A stretch of 64,000 nt of DNA from Octopus vulgaris (GCA_951406725.2 OX597830.1:6820001-6884000), one strand, 5' to 3'. Numbered from the stretch's first letter, positions 42,229 to 56,961 are shown. Notes: a model not told the origin generated them from the letters alone. Program-made: numbers and translations.

Positions 42229-42653
42229 ACACATACATGCACACATATGGTGTACGAAGGATGGAGAGAGAGAGTGGGGATGAGAAAGAAACTATACAGA
42301 ATGAAAAGAATTGGAATTGTAAAGACATTATGCTATACACAGAGAATATGTACAAAAACCGAAACGAAACTTAAAAGACAAAAAGAAACGGATACTGCTA
42401 CAAACATGAAGAACTTTCAAAGATGTGATGTATGTTATGTGGAAGTAAAAGTGAGATATCGCAAGTATTCAAGAGAAGATGAACAAAGTAGATGGATATG
42501 ATACCAGATGTAATAAAAGAAAGAATATACGGAGAGGAGAAATGAAAGGAAAATATGATAAAGGGCGAACAAAGGGTTGTAATAGATGAAAGGAGAAACG
42601 GAGATGTTAGATGAAAGAGTGAAGAGGTGTGTTAAAACATGGTTCTGTATATG

Positions 42654-42689
<36 letters not shown>

Positions 42690-42709
42690 TGTATGTGTAT
42701 GTATATATA

Positions 42710-42791
<82 letters not shown>

Positions 42792-43154
42792 TAGAAATAG
42801 TAATAGCGGTGGGAGATATGAAAAGAATATGACAAATCTATGGGATTTTATGTATGATTATAGTAACAGTTAAATGCTAAATATATATATATATATATAA
42901 GTAAGTAAAATAGCAGAAAAATGGGAGGGGGGAATAAGGCATAAGACTCAGCAGATGGACAACCTGAGAGATTACAAGTAAACAAAAAATTCTTAAAGAG
43001 ATGCATAAAATGTAAACACACACACAAAAAAATGCTATAAAATTTGTGCGCAGTGAATTCCTGCGAGTGAAGCCTTTATCAAAGTAGAGTAAGACGCAAC
43101 ACAAAAGAAGTACATAAAGTAACGATGCCAATATATAAATACACACACACACAC

Positions 43155-43188
<34 letters not shown>

Positions 43189-44111
43189 ATATATGAGTTG
43201 CAGGATTTGTCAGAATCTAGGCGCATCAACGCGCAGGACGCATGAACTGGCTAGGTGTTAGAAAATTGAGTTCACAGTGAGGTAAGAGATACCACGAGAT
43301 GTTATATTTCAGTAGTATACTACAGCAGGTGTGTATATATAGGGACCAAATTTAACGCAAAGTGTAGATCCGACTAAAGGGTCGTTCTATGTGTGGAGGT
43401 GGAATAAGAAGAAAAGAAATGGTGCTGAAGATTTTTCTACAGCTGTTTCGGTAAAGTTTTGTTGATGTATTCATTGATTACATCATGGCATAAATGCACC
43501 ATCAGGTAAGATGTATTCATCATGTTATCTGTTGGATAGGTCCTCATCAAGGTGTTACTTTGCTTGCGTGTAACTGTTTAAAATTATAACTGAGGATGAT
43601 GTAGGCTATGAAGACATGAATAAAAATTCTACAGAAACAGTTGTGTGTGCATTTGTGAGTATGTGTGTATGTGTGTGCGTGTATGTGTTTATATATACTC
43701 TTTACTCTTTTACTTGTTTCAGTCGTTTGACTGCAGCCATGCTGGAGCACAGCCTTTAATCGAGCAAATCGACCCCGGGACTTATTCTTTGTAAGCCCAG
43801 TACTTATTCTATCGGTTTCTTTTTGCCGAACCGCTAAGTGACAGGGACGTAAACACACCAGCATCGGTTGTCAAGCAATGCTAGGGGGACAAACGCAGAC
43901 ACACAAACATATACACACACATACATATACACATATATACATATATACGACAGGTTTCTTTCAGTTTCCGTCTACCAAATCCACTCACAAGGCATTGGTC
44001 GGCTCGAGGCTATAGCAGAAGACACTTGCCCAAGATGCCACGCAGTGGGACTGAACCCGGAACCATGTGGTTGGTAAACAAGCTACTTACTACACAGCCA
44101 CTCCTGCGCCA

Positions 44112-44196
<85 letters not shown>

Positions 44197-44229
44197 TATA
44201 TGTGTTTATATATTTATATGTATGAACAA

Positions 44230-44600
44230 CAAACAAGTGTATTTGTCTGACGCTCGGGAAAAATTAAAACGTATTTAACGTTTCGAGCCTACGCTCTTCA
44301 ACAGAAGGGAATAAGACGAAATAAATAGTCTGGCACGGCGAATGATTGGAAGAAAAAATGAGTTTGAATGAAATGGAGATAATAGCAGTGCTGGAGATCC
44401 CAACAAGAAAAAGTGTGCACTTCTGAGTGTGCCTGTGTGTGTGTGTGTGAGAATGGTATGTGTGAAAGTGTCTATGTGTGCATAAGGACGAGTGACGAGT
44501 GAATAAGGACGTGTGTGAGCGTCTGTGTGCGTAACATGTGTGTGTGTGTGTGTGTAACATATGTGTGTGTGTGCATGACACACACTCAAAGATCCGTCCC
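44230..44600 (-). mobile_element. PLE terminal fragment with CA-rich UTR and minimal HHR (44273-44308, CUGUUGA core)
   Basis: Minus strand: CTGTTGA A GAGC-gtag-GCTC GAAAC GT T, downstream of a CA-rich tract as in the 3643-6780 element. Confidence 0.5.
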
Positions 44601-45439
44601 TCATCCCTTTGGAGGAAAATGCCATACATGTTTCGCATGAAGCTACCAAAACCCCTAGTGGTAGACGCTCAGCTTTTATTTAACATGCCATATTGCCTTA
44701 GTTTCGTATCTACCTCCCCAATATGAATCGGTATATCAGCCAGTTATTAACCTTTTAAAGAGCTATAATTATGTGATTGCATCATTTAAACAGTATCCCT
44801 AATTCTGTAATCGACAATTCCCTACCACCAAATTTCGAACTCTGAGGCCTATAGCAGAAAGGGACATAACTGAAACAAAGAAATTTAATATACACAACGG
44901 CGATGACATAACGCGGTGTTCCATCCGGCTTTACGTTCTCAGTTCAAATACGGCCCATGTCGACCTTACCTTCCATCCACTCAAATTCGATAAAATAAGA
45001 ACCAGTTGAACACTGGGTGGAAAGAATTGGCTTACAAACCTCCCTCAAAATTACTGGCCTTGTAACAAAATTTTAAACCAATATTTTTGCTAACCAACCA
45101 CATGTTTCCGGGTTCAGTCCCACTGCGTGGCATCTTGGGCAAGTGTCTTCTACTATAGCCTCAGGTCGACCAATGCCTTGTGAGTAGATTTGGAAGACAG
45201 AGATTGTTTGTGTGTCTGTGTTTGTCCCCCTAGCATTGCTTAACAACCGAAACTGGTGTGTTTACGTCCCAGTTAGCGGTTTGGCAAAAGAGACCGATAG
45301 AATAAGTACTGGGCTTACAAAGAATAAGTCTCGGGGTCGATATGCTCGACTAAAGGCGGTGCTCCAGCATGGCCGCAGACAAATGACTGAAACAAGTAAA
45401 AGAGTAAAAGAGTAAAGAGAATATAATATATATATATAT

Positions 45440-45660
45440 ATAGGGAATCCAAACAAAGAAGAACAAACAAAAAAAACTAGAAAAAATAACGTGGGCACGT
45501 GGTACAATTAATGTATTATCAGACGCTCCAGAAAGGAAGGAAAGAGGATTTAACATTTCGAGCTTTGCTCTTCGGAAATAGAGGAAAGTCCAACGGAAGG
45601 GAAGACGGAGGAAGAAAGTCGACGATACACATGCGGTTACATTTTGAAATGTAATATACA
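45440..45660 (-). mobile_element. Neptune-type PLE terminus with damaged HHR
   Basis: Homologous to 6560-6780 and 50470-50690; ends GTTTGGATT.. then (AT)n. Confidence 0.65.
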
Positions 45661-45681
45661 TATATATATATGTGTGTGTGT

Positions 45682-45725
<44 letters not shown>

Positions 45726-46339
45726 CAGACAGACAGAGAAATAGAGATGCATATCCACATGTATACATACATGCACAGATACATATATATACACACACAA
45801 AGATGTAAGCGCGTGTATTTTACGTATGGATATGCAAATATTTAATTAAGTGTATGTATAGATATCCTTAATGAATGAATGAGCAACGTGAAAAATTCTT
45901 ACTGAATGCCCACCCCTCCTGGTAGGAAGGAATAGCAGATATTTTGGATATTAATATAGATTAGTTTCTACGCACCAAATGTAAAAACTTTCCACTTTTT
46001 CTAATGTCTTTTTTCTCTCTTTTTTGTTTTGTGTTCATATTTGCTCTGTCACGTTTTTTAATCAATTTTTATTTATCTATTTATTTATTATTTGTTGGGT
46101 TTTTTTGCGATAAGTGGGTCCCTTTTGAAGTGTAGAAAAATATTTCGTTTATATTTTATTCTTACTATTTTTCAATAAAAAAAAGACATCGATTTAAAAA
46201 AAAAACTTAAATCTAATTTATTTAGCCGAAGAAGCTTTTTAGTTTGACGAAAATATTTCAACATATATATCGTGTGCGAAATATATCATTTCTATTTAGA
46301 AAAATAATGAAAAGAAAAATTAATATTCTAATAATAATG

Positions 46340-46409
<70 letters not shown>

Positions 46410-46411
46410 TG

Positions 46412-46450
<39 letters not shown>

Positions 46451-47282
46451 AAAATAATAATAATAATAATGATGATGATAATGATGATGATGATGATGAT
46501 GATTCCAGTGATGATGATGATGATGGATATGAAGAACGATGCAAAGACAGACGTAGTTTGTGGGGATTTTCGGAGCATGTAATGAGTTTAAAAAATCGTA
46601 AAATATTATCTAAAACCACATTTTTATTTCACTACGCAGTTTCATTGTAAGAAAAAAAATAATGCCTGCGAAGGAATAGCAATATTATAATTGCTACAAA
46701 GATTGCAGCATAATTTAATTCCATTGCCCAGTGTTCGGTGATACGAAATTCGCTATGCAAAGAAAATACGGTATATTACTTCAATGTTGTACCACTCAGT
46801 CTTTTGAGCTATATATATAAGCGCATGGTGATGTATATATATATGTATGTAATCGATTGGACCGCATGGCTATTTATCGCCCGTGAGGGTCTAATAAATT
46901 GCATCGAAGACAAATGCTGCTGATGACTTATAGATAAATATGTGAGTATAATTGCATATTATATTGATAAAGAAACAATTGTTCAGCATTAATCTACCTT
47001 TTCGTTGTATTTCACTTTCCTTACGTTGAAGGTAATGTTATTTCTTTTGTGGAAACAACTTCGGTGGCTATACCAGAATAAGGAGCTATTTCTAGCACTA
47101 GAGTTAACCACTTAACGGTAACTCTCTTATATTTACGTATGAATTTGTATTGTCTCCCTGGTTTTTATGTGCTAGGCCACTTGGTGTTAAACTGATGGTA
47201 TTATTAAATTAATATCTAACTTTTCACCCTCATTTATGAGTATATATATATATATGGTTATACTCAAATGTATGTGTGTGTG

Positions 47283-47344
<62 letters not shown>

Positions 47345-47347
<3 letters not shown>

Positions 47348-48028
47348 TACTGCTTGGATTCGCGTTGGAAGCTCCAGTATGAGCAATTCAGAGTATTTGG
47401 GTGTTAATCTGAGGACAGTGCAATCTGAGGACATGTACCGAGAGTGATAAAAATCAAACATCCAGCCATCATCATGGTGTTTGTAGTGATCACTAGTGAT
47501 GGCTACGTTATGCCTCCATTCATCTTCCCACACGGCTTCGGACTCAACACGGAGGCCTACATCAAGTGCCTGGAAGATGTAGTGCTGTCCTGGATCAAGA
47601 GGGTGGCTGCTGGAAGACACTATGTCTCCCAACAGGACTCTCCCCCATGCCACACAAGCAGGAGAACCCAGTCATGGCTGTCAGACAATTTCTACGATCA
47701 CATCACCTCTAATATCTGGCCACTTAACTCCTCTCGATTAATATATGTGGTGCGCAGTTGAGCGAGATACCAACAAGACTCTTTGTAACGCCAAAGACAA
47801 CCTGAAGGCAAGGATTATGGCAACATTCACCAGCTTAAACAAGGAGTACATCAAGAAGAGTTTCAGGAGATTCTGAAGTTCTCTGGAGGCCGTGGATAAA
47901 GCGATTGGCGATTTTAGAATTTCAAGATGTTTTTATGTAATTTTGGTAAATGTATTTGATAAAATGAGATATGAGTGATATTTTCATTTTTGTGTAACTT
48001 AGACGACACTATATTCACCGCCCTTGTA
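47345..48028 (+). pseudogene. Tc1/mariner (maT/DD37D-like) transposase remnant with right terminus
   Basis: KHPAIIMVF..ITSDG.VMPPFIF..QQDSPPCHTSRRTQSWL..IWPLNS motifs; ends CACCGCCCTTG-TA; internally deleted. Confidence 0.85.
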
Positions 48029-49208
48029 TTGATAGATAGATAGATAGATAGATAGAATGATTAATTGACCGTCAGACAGATGTATAGATATATACAAGAT
48101 GTCAAACGAAGAAGTAGTCCGAGTTTCTTAGTACAGTATAAATACAGAAATAAATTTACACTCAAGAAAAGGTACAGAGCCTTTTGTTTGCAGCGAAAGG
48201 AAGAAAGGTAAAGTCGCCCCCGGAGGAATTTGAACTCAGAACGTGAAGACCGGCGAAATGGTATGTAGTATTTCATCCGGCGCGCTAACGTTTCTGCCAC
48301 TTCGCCGCCCTAAATTGCGGGAAAAAAAATTCTTTTCTTTCATTTTGTTACTTTTAACAATGTGGACTGGCTTTTGTAGTTTTGAAGATAGTAGCTCGTC
48401 ACTCGAGTAATTAATCAAGCAAATACACCCGTGAAAACGTGTGGCACATTGGGGCATTGGGGCCGGGTACATTGGACGGGTAGGTGATAGATTTAGAAAG
48501 GCAGACTTAACTGTAGTTCTGGTTGTATTGGTGGTGGCGATGTGGGGGTTGCTGGCGGTACTGATGGCAGTGGGGTTGACGGTAGTGATAGTCTGGTGGT
48601 GATGGTGGTAGTGGTGGTGGTGGCGGTGGCGGTGGTGGTGGTGGTGGTGGTGGTGCTGCTGCTGCTGCTGGTGACGGCGTTGATGATCTGGTTGTGGTGG
48701 TCTGGTGGAGGTGGTGGTGGTCTGGTGGAGCTGGTGGTGGTAGTGGAGATGATGGTCTGGCGGTGGTAATGGTGGTGGTGGTGGTATTAGTGTCGGTGTC
48801 GGTTGGTGTTATAGTATTATTGCTGCGACGCTGGTTGTGGTGGTAATAGTAGTAGTGGATATGATGGTGGTCGTGGTGGTGTCGGTGTTGGTTGTTATAA
48901 TGTTGTTGTTGTTGTTGTTGTTGTTGTTCTTGTTGTTGTTGGTGGTGTTGGTGGTGGTGGTGGTGGTGGTGGTGGTGGTGGTGGTGGTGATGCTGGTGGT
49001 GATGGTGGTGTTCGTAGTCGTTGTCATCGTCATCGTCGTCGTCGTAGCCGTTGTTGTGCACAAGACCAGGGCCGAAGACCGCAACTGAAGACCGAACCTA
49101 ACGCTAAACATGGCATAGATTGATCACCAAAAGATACTTTTGTTTGCGTCTCGTATTCATGGGATTTGCAAAAAACGGTGAATGTTGAACCCATTCCTCT
49201 CTGCCTGT

Positions 49209-49264
<56 letters not shown>

Positions 49265-49516
49265 CTCACTCTCACTCTCACTCACTCTCTCTCTCACACA
49301 CTCATTCAATTTCACTGCCATATGACAAGCGGTAGGGTTAACAATACACGGCAACTCAATGAAATGACTGATCATTACAAACAGGCCAAAAACCAAAAAC
49401 AAAAAAACATTCAATAGAGTCCTACTTCAGGGAGGATCGCTTTCATCTCTCTATACATTTTGGCGGAATATGAAAAGCACTTGGACATCAATAAACCAAC
49501 ATAGTATGTGTGTGTT

Positions 49517-49606
<90 letters not shown>

Positions 49607-49988
49607 GTATATATATGTATACTCTTTTACTCTTTTACTTGTTTCAGTCATTTGACTGCGGCCATGCTGGAGCACCGCCTTTAGTCGAGCAAATCGAACC
49701 CGGGACTTATTCTTTGTAAGCCCAGTACTTATTCTATCGGTCTCTTTTGCCGAACCGCTAAGTGACGGGGGCGTAAACACACCAGGATCGGTTGTCAAGC
49801 AATGCTAGAGGGACAAACACAGACACACAAACATATACACACATATACATATATATATATATATACATATATACGACAGGCGTCTTTCAGTTTCTGTCTA
49901 CCAGATCCACTCACAAAGTTTCGGTCGACTTGAGGCTATGATAGGTTAAATATATATTTATGCATACATACATACATACATACATACA

Positions 49989-50041
<53 letters not shown>

Positions 50042-50046
50042 ATACA

Positions 50047-50084
<38 letters not shown>

Positions 50085-50400
50085 TAAATTAGAGACAAAA
50101 CCACTATTATGCAAATCAAACAATGAAAGACTTAAGCGAATACATAAATTAATTTATATTATTTAGATATGTAACAATTATTAAAAAATATAATTAATAT
50201 CCACTACGATCGTTTCCTGTCTTCTGTCATCAAATTTTTGAGTAGCAGACATTCATCGGGTGGTTTCAACATTTTTATCTTGGGCTTCCCTTTAACACAT
50301 CCAGGCCATGCTTGTCTACTAATCCTTTATAACCATTACTGTCCTTTAGTCTTCACCATTTATCCAGTATTTGTAACCATTTTTATGTTTGTTAACTTCC
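50085..50400 (-). mobile_element. PLE terminus of another family with HHR at 50201-50263
   Basis: Minus strand: ccac CCGATGA A TGTCT...AGACA G GAAAC GATC GT A gtgg (stem I ccac/gtgg, palindromic ACGATCGT stem III). Tail TAGTGGTTTT.TCTCTAATTT abuts (AT)n and recurs at 57698-58069. Confidence 0.65.
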
Positions 50401-50469
50401 TCATATATATATATATATGTATGTATGTATATACACACACACACACTTATATACACATACATACATAAT

Positions 50470-50690
50470 ATATATATGTGACCTCGTGTGTACCGTTGGG
50501 GATTGTTTTCCTCCGTCTTCCCTTCTCTGGATCTTTCCTTCTCCTATGTTTCCGACGAAGAGCTCCGCTCAAAACGTTAAACCCTCCTTCTTTCCTTCTT
50601 TCCTGAGCGTCCAATAATACTATATTTGTTCTACGTCTTCGCGTTGTTGTGTTTTTTGTGCTTTCTTGTTTGGATTAACTATATATATGT
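50470..50690 (+). mobile_element. Neptune-type PLE terminus with minimal HHR (50548-50582; G12A)
   Basis: gttt CCGACGA A GAGC-tcc-GCTC AAAAC GT T aaac; ends GTTTGGATTAAC + (AT)n. Confidence 0.7.
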
Positions 50691-51193
50691 GTTATACATT
50701 GATCGTATCCAATAAATATACATATATATCTATGTCTACTCATGTAACTACTCGTCTAGTTAAACTTATCTAACTTATCGATCTAATTATCCTTTTATCT
50801 ATCTGCCTATCGATCCATCTATCTATCTTTCTATCTATCCGTCTGTCTATCTATCCATTTATCTGTCTATATAACTATCTGTCTGTCTATCTATCTATCT
50901 ATGTCTATCCATTTATCTATACATCTATCTATCTATCTATTATGTATATATCCATCTGTATATCTATCTATTTATCTATGTCTCTATCTATGTGTCTACT
51001 TACCTATCTACCTACCTACCTACCTACCTACCTACCTACCTACCTACCTATCTATTTATCTATCTCTCTACCTGTATGAGTACTATAGATCAAGAGTTCT
51101 GTCTGGAGTTATTAAATCACCAAAGCAAGGAGTACTTCCATTCCAGAAAATAAATAAATACATCAATAAACAATTATATAAACAAAATGTACC

Positions 51194-51282
<89 letters not shown>

Positions 51283-51714
51283 TTACTCAATCTTCCATCT
51301 CTCTTTTTCTTGCCTTTTAGCATCATGGATGAACCAGTAGCGAAAACACTCCAGAAAACACAAGTTCTCAGTAAGGAGATCTTCATACTGTTTAGCTTCT
51401 TTTGAATAGATTTGGTTTCAATCCCAGCAGGGGAACATCGATACTGGCCCTGACCCTACCTGTACCTTTTAAAGCCAGCACGACGATTTTGATGAGAAGT
51501 AATCTGGCTAGGCAGCAAGCTGGTTAGGCTTGGGGACACCCATGTGACCAGCCGGAACATTACAGTTGAGTGATGCATGTCAGACATCCTGGGGCCAGAA
51601 TCGCAACTGGAGCACCTCGTCCTTGTCAGTCAGGTTCCCCCGGAGTTACAAAGCACCGGTTGACATGTGTCAGCAGCGTTTTTCTGGATAAGCCACAGTT
51701 AACGGTGGCGATGT

Positions 51715-52475
51715 AAAAGAAAAGGAGGGGAGAAGGCGAAGAATAAGAATAAGAATAAAAAGGAGAAGAAGAAGATGGAGGAGGAGGAGGAGAAGGAGGA
51801 GGAGGAGGAGAAGAAGAAGAAGAAGAAGAAGAAGAAGGAGAAGAAGATGGAGGAGGAGAAGAAGAAGAAGAAGAAGAAGAAGAAGGAGAAGAAGATGGAG
51901 GAGGAGAAGAAGAGGAAGAAGAAGAAGAAGATGCAGGAGGAGAAGGAGGAGGAGAAGGAGGAGGAGGAGGAGGAGGAGGAGGAGAAGGAGAAGGAGGAGA
52001 AGGAGAAGAAGAAGAAGAAGGTCAACAACAATAGTAACGACGACGACGAGGAGGCGGTAGAAGAGAAGTAGTTGCTGAAAAAGACGAAGAAGGTGATGAT
52101 GATGATCATCATCATCATCATCATCATAAGAAGAAGAAGAACAACAACAGCAACAACAACAACAACACCAACAACAACAAGGAGTAGCTGAGGAGGAAGG
52201 GGGATGAGGGATGTGATGGAGGCGGAGGAAGAGGAGGTAGACGAGAAGAAGTAGCCGAAGAAGACGCCAAAGAAAAAGGAGGAGAAGGAGAAGAAGAAGA
52301 AGAAGAAGAAGAAGAAGAAGAAGAAGAAGGAAGAAGAAGAAGAAGAAGAAGAAGAAGAAGAAGAAGAAGAAGAAAATGAGGAAGACGACGAAGAAGAAGA
52401 AGAAGAAGAAGAAGAAGAAGAAGAAGAAGAAGAAGAAGAAGAAGAAGAAGAAGAAGAAGAAGAAGAAGAAAGAGA
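51715..52475 (+). repeat. long (GAA)/(GAG) polypurine compound microsatellite
   Basis: About 750 nt, strongly purine-biased on the top strand; gives a spurious E/K ORF. Confidence 0.95.
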
Positions 52476-53244
52476 GAACGAACGAAACATGGCGTGCATA
52501 GCAGGGGCCGGTTGCATGGTGTTGGGGGAGGCGGTAGCATTAACCCAGCTCTGAAATAATCCGAAACGGAAAATACAATAAAATCGCTTCGTTCAGCCAT
52601 CTTGTTTGTTGTGCTTCTGTCTTAAATGTTGTTTTCTCTTTTTTGCGGGGTCTGCGGGGTGTGTGAATGGGTGTGGTTTGTTAGTTGGGTACCTCGGTAG
52701 CTGGTCGTGCGGGTGGAAGGTCTTGGGTAGTGTAAGTATTAATACAGCTCTTTAAGCACGAAATATAATAAAATTAAAATATTTTTTGGTTTACTTTTCG
52801 CTCTTCTAATTTTTCGCTTGTTTCAGCCATTAGATTGTGGCCATGTTGGAGCACCGCCTTGAAGACCTTTTAGTAGAATGAATTCTACCTCAGTACAAGC
52901 TTTTTTTTTAAAGCCTGATAACTTATTCTATTGGTTTCTTTCCTCGAACCGGACGTAAACATGCCAACACTGGTTGTCAAGTAGTGTGGGGAGGATAAAC
53001 TTAAACACAAGGTTTCTCACACACGCACATATATGTATATAAGCGTGTGTGTAAATATATGTGTGTGTGTGTGTGTGTGTGTGTATGTATAATGGAACAA
53101 AATGCAATAGAGGACAATAAAACATTCGGACGATACAAAGGTGGACAAGAGAAACAACAATTAGAAGGACAGGCAAAAAAAGACGGGTCATTCATGACCT
53201 TCTTTCCTCAGTCAAGTTACCAGAAGTCCTTTCTGTTTCGGGCA

Positions 53245-53377
<133 letters not shown>

Positions 53378-53879
53378 ATGTGTGACGGGCTTTTTTTAGT
53401 TTCAAACTAACAAACGTCTACCACCCAGAAAGCTTTAGTTCACCCGAGGCTATAGTAGAGTGCATCTACTCCAAGTGCCACGGAGGGAGACTGAACCAGG
53501 AACAGCGAGGTTGCAAAGCAAGCTTCTTACCACATATTTTTCAGTTGATTCATTTTGCACAAAATATAAAAAATACCGCTTGACTTTATGGCGATTAACA
53601 AAAGCACGAATTGTTTCTAAATTTGAGGCAAATCCAGCAATTTTATTGAAATGCGGTCAAATTCATTATACAGAGAATAGAAAGTCTACTATGTATACTA
53701 CCAAATGCCCAAGTCTTCTACCAAATACTGTTCTCCGATCTACAGGCTTATGCTTAGGGAAGGGCCATTCACTTAAACCATTTTTGCTACAGCAACCCAG
53801 CTTTTCACACATTCACATGGAAGTAGAACTTCTTTCTCTATCCTCAGTTTCCTTTCCAAGTGCAATTAAATAAAGTCGA

Positions 53880-54460
53880 TGTCAGCTTGACCGAAGAGGA
53901 AGGTGTTCTTTACTCAATACTTTCAGCCTTGTACACCACATCACCTCTTTTGTCATAGCCACTAGTCAGTGTAACATCGCCTACCCTGCCTTGTTGAAGG
54001 TGGACAGTGGACTGAACCTCATGACGGATTCGGTGTCATACAGAGACCACATCGTGTTACCGACCACGAAAACCTTTATGTTGCCTAACTGCAGAACGTG
54101 GCTGCGCATTAGCAGCCATGGCATGCCAAACCCGCCGTCCAGAGGGCGCTGGCTGATTTGTGGAACGAGACTTTTCCACAGAAAGCAAAAAAGTAAACGC
54201 CCCAGGCTGGTCGAACGTGGACTGAAGCAAGGCCGAACGGTCAGGCAGTCCGTTATTAGGTAAGCTATGTAAGCATTCGCCACCTCTGCACAACCTTTCA
54301 GGGATGATTTGCTCTCAGCACATTTATGAGTAAAATTGACCACTCTGCTGACAACCTCACCCCAGTATTCGTTAACCTGGAGGTCCGGACTAAACTAGAC
54401 CCTAAGCATTTCGACTGGTCCCTGTTCGTTGGCATTGATTTGCTTCCCCAGTTTCCGAGC
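53880..54460 (-). pseudogene. L1/Tx1-like RT thumb-domain remnant
   Basis: Minus strand: ..PDLQVNEYWGEVVSRV...SSLKGCAEVANAYIA...LLFCFLWK...PLDGGFGMP, matching L1-clade LSLKGR..FLW..GGLG motifs. Confidence 0.75.
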
Positions 54461-55149
54461 CACACACAACGTAGAAACTTTCGTTGCTAGCATTTTATTT
54501 AAGTTGTTGTTGTTGTTGTTGTGCTGATCAGGATACCTTCGACGTTGTTATTGTTCTTGCTCTTGCTGCTGTCGGTCGAATTGTTGTGACTGTTTGTTGT
54601 TCATTGCTGTTGTTGTTTTGGTGGTGTTGTTCTTCTTGTTATCATTGTCGTTGTTCTCACCGTTGTTACTGATGCGATTGTCTTTATTCATTTATTTGTT
54701 GTTGTCGTTATTACTATTATTATTGTTGTTGTTGTTGTTGTTTTTGTTGTTGTTCACACCTAAGCGCCAACGCCATTGAACAAGGAAAGAAGACGGCAAA
54801 CAAGCACGATAGGTTTTAGTCTGTGAAGGTGCGGGAGTAACTCGGTGAGTCTGGTGGTGCGTATGAATATATGAATTCGGAGGAGGCGGAACACACACAC
54901 ACACACTTATATATATGTATGTACGTATATGCGAGTGTCTAAATGTGTGTGTGTGCGTGTGTATATGTATATTGGTGACGGGGTCGACGGTGGAAGTAGA
55001 ATGGAGTAGGAACCGCCTACCTTTTTTATACGGAGCCGTCAAGTCGTCGCCATCAGCGACAAGACGCACAGCCTGTGTGCATTGTCAGCGGACACGGCTG
55101 TCAACACAGCACACTGCTGTCACCCGAGATGAAGAAGTAAAGAGGGAGA

Positions 55150-55187
<38 letters not shown>

Positions 55188-55324
55188 GTGTGTGTGATAG
55201 GTAGAGAGAAAGAGAGGAAGAATGAGCATGAAAAACGAAACAAACGTGCTTATTTCACAATATATACGGCCTATCTGTCTGTCTATATATCTATCTATCT
55301 CGTTAGCTACACACACACACACAA

Positions 55325-55387
<63 letters not shown>

Positions 55388-55764
55388 TTATATACACATA
55401 AATATATGATTTCTATACACACACACACTCGAGCACACACGCATGTACACACATATATGGTGTGTCTGTTTATGGCAATGAGTGTCTTTATATGCAACAT
55501 CCATGGATGTGAGCTTTTGGTTTTTGCCTGAGATAAAGTTATGGTGTTAGCTACAACCATCGTAGTTCGTGAACTCAACGTACGTCAAAAGCATTGGTTG
55601 GAACGACACATATACTGATAGGATCCTTGATCTTGTACTGTACATACATAGATCCATACATACATACATACATACATACATTCGTACGTACGTACATGCA
55701 TACATGCGTACATACATACATACATACATACATACATACATACATACATACATACATACATACA

Positions 55765-56149
55765 TCTCTCTCTATATAAACGGCAGTTTGTCTGTGCGTG
55801 TTTCTGTGTGTCTGTTTTCTCGTACCCTCACTCTGACCACGGCTTTCAACCGATTCTGATGAAACTTGACACACACATAGCCCAATGTCATAATTCAAAA
55901 CTAACGCAGCGAAAATTTTGAAAAGTTCCCCCAGTTCTGAAAAAAATCGATAAATTCGACATGGGGTCGAGAATGAGAAACCCAAACCACAGACCGTCTA
56001 GGGGACGCAACTCCACCTGTTTTAACTCTCAAAAAAAATTTACCATCATTTTTTTTCCATTTTTTTGCTATTTTTTGGCTATAACTCTCTAAAAATGCTT
56101 TATAGTTATTTCCCTTACAAACCTGAGCAACGCCGGGCGATACTGCTAG
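55765..56149 (+). mobile_element. non-autonomous Helitron
   Basis: 5' TC(TCTCTCTATATAAA), 3' subterminal hairpin CCTGAGCAACGCCGGG and terminal CTAG. Inserted precisely between A and T of a (TACA)n array with no TSD. Confidence 0.85.
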
Positions 56150-56784
56150 TACATACATACATATATACCTACATCACTGGAACTGTAAAAATCTGCAAAA
56201 CTTTCCAGAAGTTTATCATTTCAATATATATGAGTATGTCTAGATAAGCAAGTATATGCATGAGAATTCATACATAAAACAAATACATCTGCACATACAT
56301 CCCTGCATACAAAGATATTATTTCTATTTATTATTTTAAACAGTTCAGATAATATATGAATACATGTATAAAGTATTAGTAATTTCTAGAATATATATAT
56401 ATACACCGATGTTGGTGTGTTTACGTCCCCGTAACTAAGCGGTTCGGCAAAAGTACTAGGGTTACAATTAATAAGTCCTGGGGTGCTCCAGCCTGGTTGC
56501 AGTCAAATGATTGAAACAAATAAAATAAAAGAATAAAATAATATGTGTGTATGTATGTATGTGCGTACGTGCGTGCGTGCATGTTTGTGTGTTTATGTTT
56601 TTTGTGTGTGCGTGTGCGCGTGCGTGTGTGTGTGTACTTTATTTTTATCTGGCAAAATTTACACTCAAGACAGGTGCGGCAATTTCGTGCAAGACATTCA
56701 TTAAAGTTCTTGGAAGTCTTGAAGCAGGCCTCCGCAATTTGAAGCAGTTTGAGAATCGCCATCGAGAATCTCTTGTCTCTTTAA

Positions 56785-56961
56785 CCCTTTGTCAAATGTA
56801 ACACTTTTTCATTCACACAGTTTTGAATCAATTATGCATCATCTCATAACTTCGAGTTTTAGAAATTGTAGGACATGTGTGAGAGATTTGATCTGACCAG
56901 TTTTAAATTTAAATCTGGTAGAATATTCAGGTCAGCTATGGAAGATTTAAGTGCTGAAGGG
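56785..56961. mobile_element. piggyBac-type MITE remnant
   Basis: TTAA|CCCTT ... AAGGG|TTAA. Confidence 0.6.

Noticed and set aside
43204-43281. Possible exon with CAG acceptor and GTAAGA donor
   Set aside because: Stops in all three frames and no supporting neighbouring exons; could only be non-coding.
51321-51410. Possible coding exon after a polypyrimidine tract (MDEPVAKTLQKTQVL...)
   Set aside because: Short, no recognisable homology, and adjacent sequence looks like decayed repeat.
51699-52517. E/K-rich or S/F-rich protein ORFs
   Set aside because: Trinucleotide-repeat artefacts.
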